Below are positions 40,864 through 51,467 of a stretch of DNA of 64,000 nucleotides, piece after piece (positions within the stretch are counted from its first letter, which is position 1; each line of letters begins with the position of its first letter). The position numbers were made by a program, and so were the translations under genes. Below the pieces are notes generated by a model. That model made no database searches. It was not told the DNA's origin and saw only the letters and a list, made by a program, of their open reading frames with translations. The DNA is from Candidatus Woesebacteria bacterium. GTDB taxonomy: Bacteria; Patescibacteriota; Microgenomatia; UBA1400; UBA12028. Location of the stretch: positions 162,229-226,228 of the forward strand of contig JBDTWD010000001.1 in the NCBI GenBank assembly GCA_040006915.1. Reading direction: 5' to 3'.

Positions 40864-43800
40864 ATGAATCGATTCTCCCTTTTTATTTTTGTTCTAATCT
40901 CTTGTTTCTTTCTTTTTTTCGCTCCGGCTAAAGCACAAAGCCCTCTTCAAACCACAATTCAAGTAACATCAGGTACAAATGACGTCAATGAAGACGGTAC
41001 AACGTTTACAAATAATGCTACTACTCTTTCGCTCGGGAATGCGGCTTCTACTACTAATAGTTATGAAGGTTTACGCTTTGTCGCTGTAAATATTCCCAAG
41101 AACTCCACGATCACAACAGCATCTCTACAAGTATATTCAACTCAAAGTCAGTGGATCTCTTTAGCTTTAAGTATTGGAGCCGATTCGGTCGGCAACAGTA
41201 CTGCATTCTCATCGACTTCGAAACCATCTGGAAGAACTCAAACGACTCAAAAAGTAACAAGCTCTACCAATGTACAGTGGAATGCGAATACTTGGTATAC
41301 AGTCGCTAATCTCTCAACGATCGTACAGCCAATTATAAATAGATCTGATTGGCAGTCAGGAAATAGTCTGTCTCTTCTTATCAAAGGAACCGGAAGTGCG
41401 TGGGCACGCAAATTTATGGCAGCCTATGAACTCAATACAGCTCAAGCAGCAAAGCTAGTGATTACCTATACATTGCCACCAACTCCTACTCCCACACCAA
41501 CTCCAGTTCCAACTCCGACTGCCACTCCTACCCCAACGCCAGCTCCACGATACAATCTAAACGGAACGGTGTTCGTCGATTCGGATGGAGATGGAATTCT
41601 TGATGGAAGCGAAACTGGATACGCAAATGCATTTCTGGCTATATCCGGAGGATGGAATAGCTCTACCATTACGTCTTCGACTGGAACATATGCATTTACA
41701 TACTTACTGAGCGATACATATACATTAACTCTGACTGTACCAGCTGGTTTCCGAGCGACGACGCCACAGCCTCTAACGCAGCCCCTTACCACAAATGCGG
41801 TCAGTAACATTGGCATTCAGTTGATTCCAACTCCTACACCAACACCAACCGCAACTCCCAGCCCTACTCCAACTCCTACACCAATCCCCGTTCCTACCTA
41901 CACAATCTCAGGAATGGTTTTTACTGATGCCAATGGAAATGGAATTTTGGATACACTCGAAACAGGCTATGATGGAGCAACAGTAAACGTAACTGGTTTA
42001 GCCAGTGCTTCTGCAACCACTACGTCCAATGGTTTATATTCCTTTACCGGATTATTTGTTGGTGCATACAGTAACACTGTAACTGTTCCGGCTGGATATC
42101 AAATGACGACTGCCAACCCCGTGATAACAGTTATCCTCGCGGACACAACTGTTAACTTTGGAATTCAGTTGATTCCAACTCCCACACCAACGCCAACTCC
42201 TGAACCCACAGCACCACCTACGGCTACTCCAACACCTACTCCTGTTCCTACTTCTACACCCTTACCAACTCCAGTTCCAACCCCAAACCAAGCAGCCTAC
42301 TATGTGTCACCGGATGGCAGCGACAGCAATACTGGAGCAATAACGACTCCATTTAAAACTATTCAGAAGGCAGTCTCTACCACAAAAACAGATTCTAAAC
42401 CTGGAGCCATTATTCATGTTTTACCAGGAACATATCGACAAGCAATTGCAATTGATGGGGTAAATGGAACTGAAGTCAGTCCAGTTGTCATCATGGCTGA
42501 AAATGGAGCAGGGACAGTATTTGTGAACGGGTCAGAAAGTACCATGGACACTCGCTTAACGTGGACACAATCAACTGGAAGTGCACAATTCACTGACGCG
42601 GCTGCCCCACATATTTATGCAGCTGATGTAAGCGTTTGGAACGCAACTCCAGAATTAGCTTTTGACACGAGTAGTGCAAGTGCAACACGGCTTCCTAAAG
42701 CTCGTGAACCAGACTGGAACGTGACGACTGAGTGGAAATACCATGAAAATTGGTGGAAGGCCGAAGGTGCCGATGGAAGCACGCAAAACACTCTGATCGA
42801 TGGACTTGATGATGTAGCCGACTCCTATCCAGAAGCTTCAGCGAGTGCGGGAAATCTGAAATCGATCAATGGCTTTACAACTAACTTCTTAGTAGGATCT
42901 AGAATCTTCTTAAAAGATGGTATAGATGGACACGATGCTTTCAGTGCCGTCGTTACTGATCACGATGCGACCAACAGCGGGAAAATTACTTTCGACAAGA
43001 ATTTGGTGCACTTTAGTGGGAATCCAGCAGTTGGACAATATACCAAATATTACCTTGAGGGCGAATCACAACTTTTAGATACACCAGGTGAATGGTACTA
43101 CGATCAAGTTGCCAAGAAATTATACATTTGGCCCATTCAGGAAACTTCACCTGGTTCGTTGCCATTAGAATTTGCTCTGCGTCCCACTGTTTTCTCAATT
43201 CACAATAGTTCCTACGTCACTTTAAAAGATATGAACGTTCAATACGCTAACTATGCCTACGGATTATCTACTGGACCGGATGGAGCTATTCGATTCTTCG
43301 GATTCTCTCCGGATCAAACTCATCACATCACTTTAGATAATTTAGATATCAATCACAATGGCATTGGTTTACGTCTGTATCAGTCAAATACCACAGCGTC
43401 AGATTCTGGCTCTTTACATGACGTGACACTCAAGAATAGCAAAGTGATGTACAGCGACGGTTATGCTCTTGTCTCTTGGCATGCTCCAACTCCTAATAGT
43501 AATGCCCTTATTCACAATCTCGCTTTTATAAACAATGAATTTAGTTATATGGGTTTCCGTGGAAGTGGAGATGGAATCTTTATGCAGCACCCAGAAAAAG
43601 TGCTGTTTATTAATAACTATTTGCATCATAGTGCTCATAACGCAATTGAAATTCAACAAGGTAAAGGATCAGGTAATTCTTTAATGCTAGTTGAAAACAA
43701 CTTATCGGAAAATAATTGTTATAACGGTAGTGACTGCGGCGCCTTTAAATTCTGGGACTTTACGGGTGGAACAGGATCTCATCAAATTATAGTGACGCAT

Positions 43801-44535
43801 AATATTTTCCGAGGAACCAAAGGTTGGTCTTACGCCTCTCAAGCTCAAAACAAGTCAAATTCTCTGTTAGGTTTTGGGTATAACGGATCTGGATACTATT
43901 CTGATGGCGTCGTGGCAACTGCTTCAGCACAGGATTGTGCCGTCAGTATTTTCCGAAACTTGATTTACGACAACTCTGCAAGTGGTGCCCAATATACTAA
44001 CAGCCGAGATCAGTGCGCGTTTAACAACGTGTTTTCACAAAACGATATTGGAATTCGTATGAATAATTTTACTCCATTAGTCGATGGCAGTTTCTTAAAT
44101 AAAATTCGAGGGAACATTATTCTAAGTACGGAACCTAGCTCAAATCCAACGAGTGCGAAAATATTTGGAATTTCTTCCCGAATAAACAAAGCTGACGAAA
44201 ATCAGCTCCAAGTTGATGGGAATGTGTATCAGCTTAGCGGACCCAATGCCTATGACATGTACAAACAAGATGTGGGTTTCACTAATATTGGAACATGGAA
44301 AACAACAAATTTGATTCGAGCCAATACTCCATGGGAAATTCTGAGCGTAGATACAACGACCGCCAGCTCTTCGGCTACCAATGAATCACAGTTTGATATC
44401 ACAGCTATCGAACAAACGGCTGGTATCTCACAAGTAGATGTTCCTCCAGAGATTCAAGGAGCGATTTCAGCTTTAGAGCAAGAGTTTGGCATAACAATTC
44501 CCAACGCTTCTGCCGTTGGCCGACTTTCTTTATAG
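40864..44535 (+). CDS. Secreted modular beta-helix protein: DNRLRE/CBM96-like domain, 2 SdrD-B-like domains and GH141-like core
   Basis: Signal peptide ending AKA-Q; GLRF..VNIPKNSTITTASL domain; GTVFVDSDGDG repeats; PT linkers; YYVSPDGSD; LLDTPGEWYYD; SDCGA. Confidence 0.8.
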   Translation: MNRFSLFIFVLISCFFLFFAPAKAQSPLQTTIQVTSGTNDVNEDGTTFTNNATTLSLGNAASTTNSYEGLRFVAVNIPKNSTITTASLQVYSTQSQWISLALSIGADSVGNSTAFSSTSKPSGRTQTTQKVTSSTNVQWNANTWYTVANLSTIVQPIINRSDWQSGNSLSLLIKGTGSAWARKFMAAYELNTAQAAKLVITYTLPPTPTPTPTPVPTPTATPTPTPAPRYNLNGTVFVDSDGDGILDGSETGYANAFLAISGGWNSSTITSSTGTYAFTYLLSDTYTLTLTVPAGFRATTPQPLTQPLTTNAVSNIGIQLIPTPTPTPTATPSPTPTPTPIPVPTYTISGMVFTDANGNGILDTLETGYDGATVNVTGLASASATTTSNGLYSFTGLFVGAYSNTVTVPAGYQMTTANPVITVILADTTVNFGIQLIPTPTPTPTPEPTAPPTATPTPTPVPTSTPLPTPVPTPNQAAYYVSPDGSDSNTGAITTPFKTIQKAVSTTKTDSKPGAIIHVLPGTYRQAIAIDGVNGTEVSPVVIMAENGAGTVFVNGSESTMDTRLTWTQSTGSAQFTDAAAPHIYAADVSVWNATPELAFDTSSASATRLPKAREPDWNVTTEWKYHENWWKAEGADGSTQNTLIDGLDDVADSYPEASASAGNLKSINGFTTNFLVGSRIFLKDGIDGHDAFSAVVTDHDATNSGKITFDKNLVHFSGNPAVGQYTKYYLEGESQLLDTPGEWYYDQVAKKLYIWPIQETSPGSLPLEFALRPTVFSIHNSSYVTLKDMNVQYANYAYGLSTGPDGAIRFFGFSPDQTHHITLDNLDINHNGIGLRLYQSNTTASDSGSLHDVTLKNSKVMYSDGYALVSWHAPTPNSNALIHNLAFINNEFSYMGFRGSGDGIFMQHPEKVLFINNYLHHSAHNAIEIQQGKGSGNSLMLVENNLSENNCYNGSDCGAFKFWDFTGGTGSHQIIVTHNIFRGTKGWSYASQAQNKSNSLLGFGYNGSGYYSDGVVATASAQDCAVSIFRNLIYDNSASGAQYTNSRDQCAFNNVFSQNDIGIRMNNFTPLVDGSFLNKIRGNIILSTEPSSNPTSAKIFGISSRINKADENQLQVDGNVYQLSGPNAYDMYKQDVGFTNIGTWKTTNLIRANTPWEILSVDTTTASSSATNESQFDITAIEQTAGISQVDVPPEIQGAISALEQEFGITIPNASAVGRLSL

Positions 44536-44576
44536 TGTAGAGCTTACCTCTACACTTATAGGGTATAATCCTCCCA

Positions 44577-45440
44577 ATGAAAGAGTCATCTTCTCGCATA
44601 GTAACTTACGAACCAAACGCCCTAGTCTCAGAAATTGAGAGCGGATATTTCCCTGAATTAATACGACTTGTCAGTGAGGGATATGGAAAAGTTATCCGTG
44701 GTGAGAAAACCCGAGAGAAGAAAACCATCCAAGAATTTGACTACCCCGGGCGAGCCAAAATATATCTATACAAAGATGGAAACACAAACGACATCATTGG
44801 GTATTTCACCGCTATCATCTGGAAGAATGAAGACAATGATAAAAGAGGAGGCTATCTTCGCTCCCACTTTCGTGAACATAAAGTCAAGGTAAACGATCGC
44901 AACCTTGCCTTTGATGTGGGTGGAATCGTTATCGATCCTCGCTTTAGAGGCCAAGGTATTGGGCCATCCCTCATCCGTTACGCTACTGATGACATAAATC
45001 CGGTCATGGTTGTTGGCCAAACTAAAAATCCGGCTGCGATCTTTGCCCGAACAAAAGCTCTTTCGGACAAATACATTCTTGTTTGGGGTGGGAAAGTTAT
45101 TTCCGAACCCAATCTAGATTTCTCTGATCAAGTCGCGCAGTTTGCAACCGAGTCGTTTTATAAGGCGAGACAGATCTATTACACGAAGGAGTTAACTAAA
45201 GATGCGAGTGAACTACTTCAGAGCCGATATGGAAAAGCTGTTCATGCTTCACCACAAGAACTAGTTCCTTTTGACAAAGTCGATCTTTCTACTGTTCCCT
45301 ACAGCTTGCAACCCGCATTTTCAGAAATAAATGCTGTTCAAGACGAACTCAATGCAAAGAACATTAAAATGGTCGCATGGAGCCCTTTAGTAGCAGTACG
45401 AAAAGACGTAGCGGCAAAAATCCAAAATACGTATAGATGA
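44577..45440 (+). CDS. GNAT-family acetyltransferase
   Basis: Acetyl-CoA binding motif IVIDPRFRGQGIG and TKNPAA. Confidence 0.8.
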   Translation: MKESSSRIVTYEPNALVSEIESGYFPELIRLVSEGYGKVIRGEKTREKKTIQEFDYPGRAKIYLYKDGNTNDIIGYFTAIIWKNEDNDKRGGYLRSHFREHKVKVNDRNLAFDVGGIVIDPRFRGQGIGPSLIRYATDDINPVMVVGQTKNPAAIFARTKALSDKYILVWGGKVISEPNLDFSDQVAQFATESFYKARQIYYTKELTKDASELLQSRYGKAVHASPQELVPFDKVDLSTVPYSLQPAFSEINAVQDELNAKNIKMVAWSPLVAVRKDVAAKIQNTYR

Positions 45441-45510
45441 AAAGAGGGTATGTGCTCCTTCTATAATCTAGAGGAGAGACACCTTCTTTGCTATAATGTG
45501 TCTATACTCT

Positions 45511-46062
45511 ATGCCAAACGAATCAGAGCTTTCACCACATGAGAATACTCCCATCATGATTGATGGCAAGAAGGTCGATCTCGAAGAAATCTTGGAAGCT
45601 GAAGGCCGCCAGCAATTTGGAAAAATACTGATCAAAGTGACGCCTACATCAATAGATATTCGTCCAATAGATCAAAGTCAGTTCTTCTTCAGAGCGGAAG
45701 TATCTACCTCAGGAGAATTGGCTTTAAACATCGCTTTAAAGTCACAAGATGGGGCAAGAAATTCTCAGATGCCAGCTGGGCAAGATTTAGTAAGGGTAGC
45801 ACTTCGTTATTTAGAGAGCCACAATGAAATAAAAACGCTCATAGGAACCTGGAAAGAAGGCACCGACAACTTTAAACAATTTTTGATGAACAAAAAACAA
45901 AGAGGCTTGAGTGACAATGAATCTGCGCTACAAACATGGACTGGGGAAAATATAGCGGTCAAATTTGGATTTAGAAACGTTGTTGATGTGTATCAAGATA
46001 TGCGTTCGGACGAGCGGTTAGTTATCGCTAAATTCTCACGAAATCTTCCTGATTCCTTGTAA
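45511..46062 (+). CDS. Toxin-like domain protein, paralog of 36958-37506
   Basis: GTWKEGTDNFKQF...SALQTWTGENIAVKFGF; start reassigned to 45511. Confidence 0.65.
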   Translation: MPNESELSPHENTPIMIDGKKVDLEEILEAEGRQQFGKILIKVTPTSIDIRPIDQSQFFFRAEVSTSGELALNIALKSQDGARNSQMPAGQDLVRVALRYLESHNEIKTLIGTWKEGTDNFKQFLMNKKQRGLSDNESALQTWTGENIAVKFGFRNVVDVYQDMRSDERLVIAKFSRNLPDSL

Positions 46063-47386
46063 GCCTCTTAATCTCATCATCAGCTATGTCTTGACGATAA
46101 TGTAAATTGTCGCCTTCTATTTCAATAGTATTCATAGTGGCGTAGGCAAGTGCTTTAGCTTCTTGTACTGTCTCACCTTCTCCAACGATATAAAAAACTC
46201 TTCCCCCGTCTACCACCCAGTCGCATCCGATTCTTTTGATTCCTGCTCCGTAGACCAAAACTTGAGGAGCATTTATTGCATTTTCCAAACCAAAAATCCG
46301 CTTGCCCTTTACGCTATTGTAATCTTGAGGATACCCTTTGGCCGTCCCTGCAAGTACCACTCGACGTTTACCGTTCGTTTGGATTGGTATACTGGTTACA
46401 TTTCCTTGAGATATTGCCTTACTTAAAACAATAAAATCATTTTGAATACTCGGAACTAAAATCTGGGCTTCGGGATCACCCCATCGTGCGTTAAACTCCA
46501 CGACAAATACTTTTTTATTTGTACCTATCATTCCCCCTAGATATAGAACCCCTTTATATGGTCTTCCTTCTTGCGCGAGCCCCTGAACCGTTTTATTAAA
46601 AATCTCATTAACTTGAGCTACAATGTTCGAATCAATGAGCGAGGGTGGAGTAATACATCCCATTCCGCCGGTATTTTCTCCAGCATTTCCGTCTAAGGCT
46701 CTCTTATAATCTTGTGCATATCCAATAATCGAAAAATTTGCGCCATCACATAATGCAAAAGCTGAAAATTCCTCCGCCAGTTTATCATCTTCGCCTTTTA
46801 CCCATTGTTCAAGTAAATACGTTTCCCCAGACTTACCAAATCGCTGTAGCTCCAAGACTCTTTCCTGAGCTTGATAGTTATTCTCTGCAGGAAGTGCTCC
46901 CTTTCCTTCCGCTAAACCACTCGCTTTTACAAACCAAGGCTGGTCAACATGAGAACGAAGATAGCGGATTCCAGACTCGGTCGTTGCAAAGTGAGCAAAC
47001 TCTGGCTGTGGGATGTGATGACGACTCATAAAGTCACGAGCCCAGACTTTATCCCACTCAATTATTCCCGCTTCGCGAGTCGGGCCCACTGAAGCGATAC
47101 CCACCTCGGATAAAGCGTTGACTAAGCCAATTGCAACGGCATTATCCTGAGCTACGTCGACCAGAGAAACATCGTTTTTTTTGCAAATCTCAAGAATATG
47201 CGTAATATCCGTGGTCGTAATTGTTGGATGAGTAACCACTTGTTTAGTACAAGTCGCCTGCATCAAATCATTTCCTGGAATAGCAAAGACTCTTTCCACG
47301 TCAGGACTTTTCGCATATTGCTCCACAAGGACATGGCCTCTGCCACCCTTATCAATGACTGCAACACTTATTTTTTCTTTTGACAT
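46028..47386 (-). CDS. purD: Phosphoribosylamine--glycine ligase
   Basis: GGRGH, VKASGLAEGKG, QDYKR, NTGGMG, EFNARWGDPEAQ, GGRV and YRQDI. Confidence 0.93.
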   Translation of the reverse strand: MSKEKISVAVIDKGGRGHVLVEQYAKSPDVERVFAIPGNDLMQATCTKQVVTHPTITTTDITHILEICKKNDVSLVDVAQDNAVAIGLVNALSEVGIASVGPTREAGIIEWDKVWARDFMSRHHIPQPEFAHFATTESGIRYLRSHVDQPWFVKASGLAEGKGALPAENNYQAQERVLELQRFGKSGETYLLEQWVKGEDDKLAEEFSAFALCDGANFSIIGYAQDYKRALDGNAGENTGGMGCITPPSLIDSNIVAQVNEIFNKTVQGLAQEGRPYKGVLYLGGMIGTNKKVFVVEFNARWGDPEAQILVPSIQNDFIVLSKAISQGNVTSIPIQTNGKRRVVLAGTAKGYPQDYNSVKGKRIFGLENAINAPQVLVYGAGIKRIGCDWVVDGGRVFYIVGEGETVQEAKALAYATMNTIEIEGDNLHYRQDIADDEIKRLTRNQEDFVRI

Positions 47387-47464
47387 GCTTTTGTTTGATG
47401 AGACGAATAGAAGAACTCCATTTTAACACCGTTAAAGATCCTGTACAATAAATCCGCTCTCCCT

Positions 47465-48478
47465 ATGAAATTTTTACTTCTTATTATTATTGGTCTTGTT
47501 GGATTTTTTGCTGTATATCCAAAACATGTATCTTCCCCAATTTCTGTCCCTCAAACAGTTTTGCCACAAGTGACACCAGATCCCTTCGAGGATTTGACCA
47601 TACCTGCCCTTCGAACTCGTTCATATTCCAGCCAGATGGGAGAATTAAAACAGATTAGTAAAAATGCAAACTTTACCTCTTTTTTAACTTCCTATACTGC
47701 TGATGATTTGCATATCAATGGCTTGCTTACACAACCCACTGGCAAGGCCCCTGAAGGTGGATGGCCTGTGATTGTCTTTGTGCACGGATATATTCCTCCA
47801 TCTCTGTACAAAACGACTGAGCGATATGTGGAGTATGTGAATTTTCTGGCTCGCAGTGGCTTTGTTGTATTTAAAATTGATTTACGAGGACACGGCAATT
47901 CCGAAGGCGATCCGGGTGGAGCATATTACTCGGGTGACTACGTAATCGATACACTCTCTGCAATACAAGCGGTTCAGAGCCTTCCCTTTGTAAACAAAGA
48001 CAGAGTGGGACTCTGGGGACATAGTATGGCTGGAAACATCACATTGCGTACTCTCGCGGCCAAACCCGATATCAAAGCAACAGCAATTTGGGCAGGCGCG
48101 GGATATACCTATACCGATCTTTTGGACTACAAGATCCAAGATAACAGTTATCGTCCTCCACAAGATCAGTCACGACAGTCTGCACGACGAAAAGAGCTGG
48201 CAGATCGTCACGGACCATTTGATCCAAATGATAGCTTTTGGAAATTGGTACCACCGACAAATTATTTGGGCGACATAAGAGGCGCCATCGGCTTATATCA
48301 TGCGATAGATGATACTGTGGTCAAAGTCGATTACAGCCGGAATTTAAACAAACTTTTGGATGCAACAACGATAATTCATGAGCTCCATGAATACCCAAGT
48401 GGAGGACACAATATTTCCGGAGCTTCTTTTACTAAAGCCATGCAAACCACTGTGGAATTTTACAAGAAGAATTTATAG
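47465..48478 (+). CDS. Exported alpha/beta hydrolase (S9 peptidase-like)
   Basis: N-terminal hydrophobic anchor, VHGY, GHSMAG nucleophile, DDTV and GGHN. Confidence 0.88.
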   Translation: MKFLLLIIIGLVGFFAVYPKHVSSPISVPQTVLPQVTPDPFEDLTIPALRTRSYSSQMGELKQISKNANFTSFLTSYTADDLHINGLLTQPTGKAPEGGWPVIVFVHGYIPPSLYKTTERYVEYVNFLARSGFVVFKIDLRGHGNSEGDPGGAYYSGDYVIDTLSAIQAVQSLPFVNKDRVGLWGHSMAGNITLRTLAAKPDIKATAIWAGAGYTYTDLLDYKIQDNSYRPPQDQSRQSARRKELADRHGPFDPNDSFWKLVPPTNYLGDIRGAIGLYHAIDDTVVKVDYSRNLNKLLDATTIIHELHEYPSGGHNISGASFTKAMQTTVEFYKKNL

Positions 48479-48569
48479 CTTATTTTTTCTTGTCCAACTC
48501 ATACAGCACTTTTCCTGAAACTCCCTTATACTAATCTTTCAAAGGCCTTTTTCTGAAGGTTTTGTTTGT

Positions 48570-51440
48570 ATGGCGAAAAGATATTGGTTCATCTTAGGTA
48601 TACTGCTTTTAAGTATTGTTTTTGTGTTGATTTTTGTACTCCTTTCCAAGTTACGGACACAAAATCAAGACGTTCGTTCTCAGGCACAAGGTCTTCTTCA
48701 AAGTCCAAAATCTACACCTGCTCTCTTTCCCAATGCGACACCAAGTATATTGACCGCTACTGAACCTTCACCTACTGCCACACCACTAGTCTTACCAATC
48801 CAAAAAGTACTCACGACAGCTCAGGCAGCAACCTTTACTTTAAGTGGGACAGTCTTTATTGACGCTGATGGTGACTCTCTATGGGATTTAGATGAAAGTG
48901 GGTTTGACAGTGCAACTGTTACTTTAGTTGGGGGTGGTACACATACAACTACAACAAGTACGACAGGTAGATATACTTTTTCGGGATTGTCGGCAGGAAG
49001 TTATACAGTTTTACTTACCATCCCTTCAGGATACATGGTTACCACCAACAGTCTGACCAATCTGTACCTGACAGCTGACAGACGACATCATATTGGAGTC
49101 GAATTGATTCCAACTACAAGCACACCTGGTTCAACCTCCACGTCAACACCAACTCCAACACCTGTTCCTACTCCCACTCCCACCCCGACTCCAAATCCTA
49201 ATCAAGCTCAATATTATGTCTCCCCGACTGGGAGTGATTCTGCAGATGGATCACAGAGTACTCCATATCTCACAATCCAGAGAGCAGTGACTGTTTCTAA
49301 ATCAGACTTATTGCCTGGAGCAGTTATTCACGTCCTTCCTGGAACATATAGAGAATCGGTCGCCCTAACTGCCGTTAGCGGCACATCTTCAGCTCCAGTG
49401 GAAATCAAAGCTGAAAACGGTCCCGAGACAGTTTTCGTTTTAGGTTCGGAGAGTTCACAAGATTCCCGCATTACTTGGGCGCAAGCTGATGGAGGAATAT
49501 CTTTCCCTAGTGGCGTGTCTTCCCATATCTACAGAGCGGACGTTTCGGTATGGAATGCTACCCCTGAACTTGCCTACGACAATGATTCCACACCTGAACG
49601 ACTTCCCAAAGCCCATGAACCAGATTTTGGTGTCACCACCGCATGGAAATATCATCAAAACTGGTGGAAAGCCGATGGGAAGACAATTTCAACTTTAGAT
49701 ACACTCATAGACGCCACAAATGATATACCAGGTTCTTACCCTGAAGCAGCTGCCAGTGCGGGAAACTTGGGCAGCATCAACGGGTTTACATCTGATTTCT
49801 TGGCTGGTGCACGGATCTTTTTGAAAGATACCTATGATGGTCATGATTCTTTAACTGCAACTATTTCAGCTCACACTGCTTCGACCGGAACGATTCAATT
49901 TTCATCGGCAGTGACCTACTATGATGGAACTGCAGCAGCTGGCCAATATGCCAAATATTACATTGAAGGAAAACCACAACTTTTAGATACTGCCGGAGAA
50001 TGGTATTACGATTCAGCCACCCACTATCTCTACATCTGGCCACCTGGAGATACGAACCCAAATACCCAAGATTTAGAATTTGCGGTACGTAATACTGCGT
50101 TCTCTATTAATAGAGGTGTATACATCACGCTCAAAGATTTAAATCTGCAGTTTACCAACCATGCATATAGCGGCGTTACTGGTCCAGATGGAGCGGTCAG
50201 ATTTTTTGGCTTTAGTACAGACATATCAAATCATATTACTCTAGATGGGCTCCATGTGGCCTACAATGGAATCGGATTGCGACTGTATCAAAGCAATGCG
50301 CTGAGTTCATCGATTGGAATGTTAAGTTATGTAACAGTCCAAAACAGCACCATAGAGGATGCCGATGGCTACGGCATGGTTGTTTGGCCTTTCCCGCGAA
50401 CCGCACCACAAAATCCACCCATCAACCATATCTGGCTTGAGAACAATGAATTCGGACATTTAGGCTTTCGCTGGGATGGTGAAGGTATCCTCATGCAGTA
50501 TCCAGAAAAAATCGTGGCGATCAATAATTATGTGCATGATACGGGACATAATGGTTTCCATATCCAACAAGGAAAAATGACTGGTGATTCGTATGTCTAC
50601 ATTGCCAATAATCTGTTTGATGCCAACTGTTATAACGGATCAGATTGTGGTGGCATGAAACTGTCCGATGCGACAAACGGAACAGGAAGTAATACAAACT
50701 TTGTGAGTCACAATATCTTCAGAGGTACCAAAGGTTGGTCGTATGCCAGTGAAGTGCAAAACCAGCATAATTCGCCGTCAGGATATGGTTACTATGGATT
50801 TGGATACTACTCAGATGTGGAGCTGAATACCGATCCGTTGCTTGGATGTGGAATCATTCTGTTTCGAAATATTTCTCAAAACAATTCTGCAGACGGTGTC
50901 CACTTCACTCGCAGTCGAGATCAATGCGTTTTCAATACTCTCTTTACTCAAAATGGGACCGGGATTCAAATGAACAACTATGCTCCCACAACCGATGGCA
51001 GCTTTGGCAACATTCTTCGTGGAAATATTTTCCATTTTACCGAGGGTACTAATTCCACCGCTGCTAATATATATGGAGTCAATTCTCATATAGATCAAGC
51101 CGATGAAGGTCAGATGGAAGTAAATCGAAATATCTACCAAATGTCAGGAACACATGCTTTTGACATGTATAAGCAAGATATTGGCAATACACACATCGGA
51201 ACCTTCACCACTGTCGGACAAATCCAATCAAATACTCCTTGGGAAGACAATGGGAGTGATGTTACCGGCGGAACTGTTGGTCTGACAACTGAAGATCATT
51301 ATGATATCTCCAGTATTGAGTCCACTTTTGGTATAAGTAGTGTCACTGTTCCAGCCGAGGCAAGTACGACTATTAATGCTCTGCAAACTGAATATGGCAT
51401 CACGATTAGCAATGGAACCAACGTTGGGAGAATTCCATAA
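48570..51440 (+). CDS. Membrane-anchored beta-helix protein: SdrD-B-like domain and GH141-like core
   Basis: N-terminal TM followed by QDVRSQA; one GTVFIDADGD module; PT linker; same core as the 40864 gene. Confidence 0.8.
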   Translation: MAKRYWFILGILLLSIVFVLIFVLLSKLRTQNQDVRSQAQGLLQSPKSTPALFPNATPSILTATEPSPTATPLVLPIQKVLTTAQAATFTLSGTVFIDADGDSLWDLDESGFDSATVTLVGGGTHTTTTSTTGRYTFSGLSAGSYTVLLTIPSGYMVTTNSLTNLYLTADRRHHIGVELIPTTSTPGSTSTSTPTPTPVPTPTPTPTPNPNQAQYYVSPTGSDSADGSQSTPYLTIQRAVTVSKSDLLPGAVIHVLPGTYRESVALTAVSGTSSAPVEIKAENGPETVFVLGSESSQDSRITWAQADGGISFPSGVSSHIYRADVSVWNATPELAYDNDSTPERLPKAHEPDFGVTTAWKYHQNWWKADGKTISTLDTLIDATNDIPGSYPEAAASAGNLGSINGFTSDFLAGARIFLKDTYDGHDSLTATISAHTASTGTIQFSSAVTYYDGTAAAGQYAKYYIEGKPQLLDTAGEWYYDSATHYLYIWPPGDTNPNTQDLEFAVRNTAFSINRGVYITLKDLNLQFTNHAYSGVTGPDGAVRFFGFSTDISNHITLDGLHVAYNGIGLRLYQSNALSSSIGMLSYVTVQNSTIEDADGYGMVVWPFPRTAPQNPPINHIWLENNEFGHLGFRWDGEGILMQYPEKIVAINNYVHDTGHNGFHIQQGKMTGDSYVYIANNLFDANCYNGSDCGGMKLSDATNGTGSNTNFVSHNIFRGTKGWSYASEVQNQHNSPSGYGYYGFGYYSDVELNTDPLLGCGIILFRNISQNNSADGVHFTRSRDQCVFNTLFTQNGTGIQMNNYAPTTDGSFGNILRGNIFHFTEGTNSTAANIYGVNSHIDQADEGQMEVNRNIYQMSGTHAFDMYKQDIGNTHIGTFTTVGQIQSNTPWEDNGSDVTGGTVGLTTEDHYDISSIESTFGISSVTVPAEASTTINALQTEYGITISNGTNVGRIP

Positions 51441-51467
51441 GCCTCTCTACTAGTGTAGTATGAATAT

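Noticed and set aside
41476-49200. Tandem ccaact/ccaaca-like repeats as CRISPR or VNTR
   Set aside because: They encode Pro-Thr linkers with synonymous variation. There are no spacers and no cas genes.
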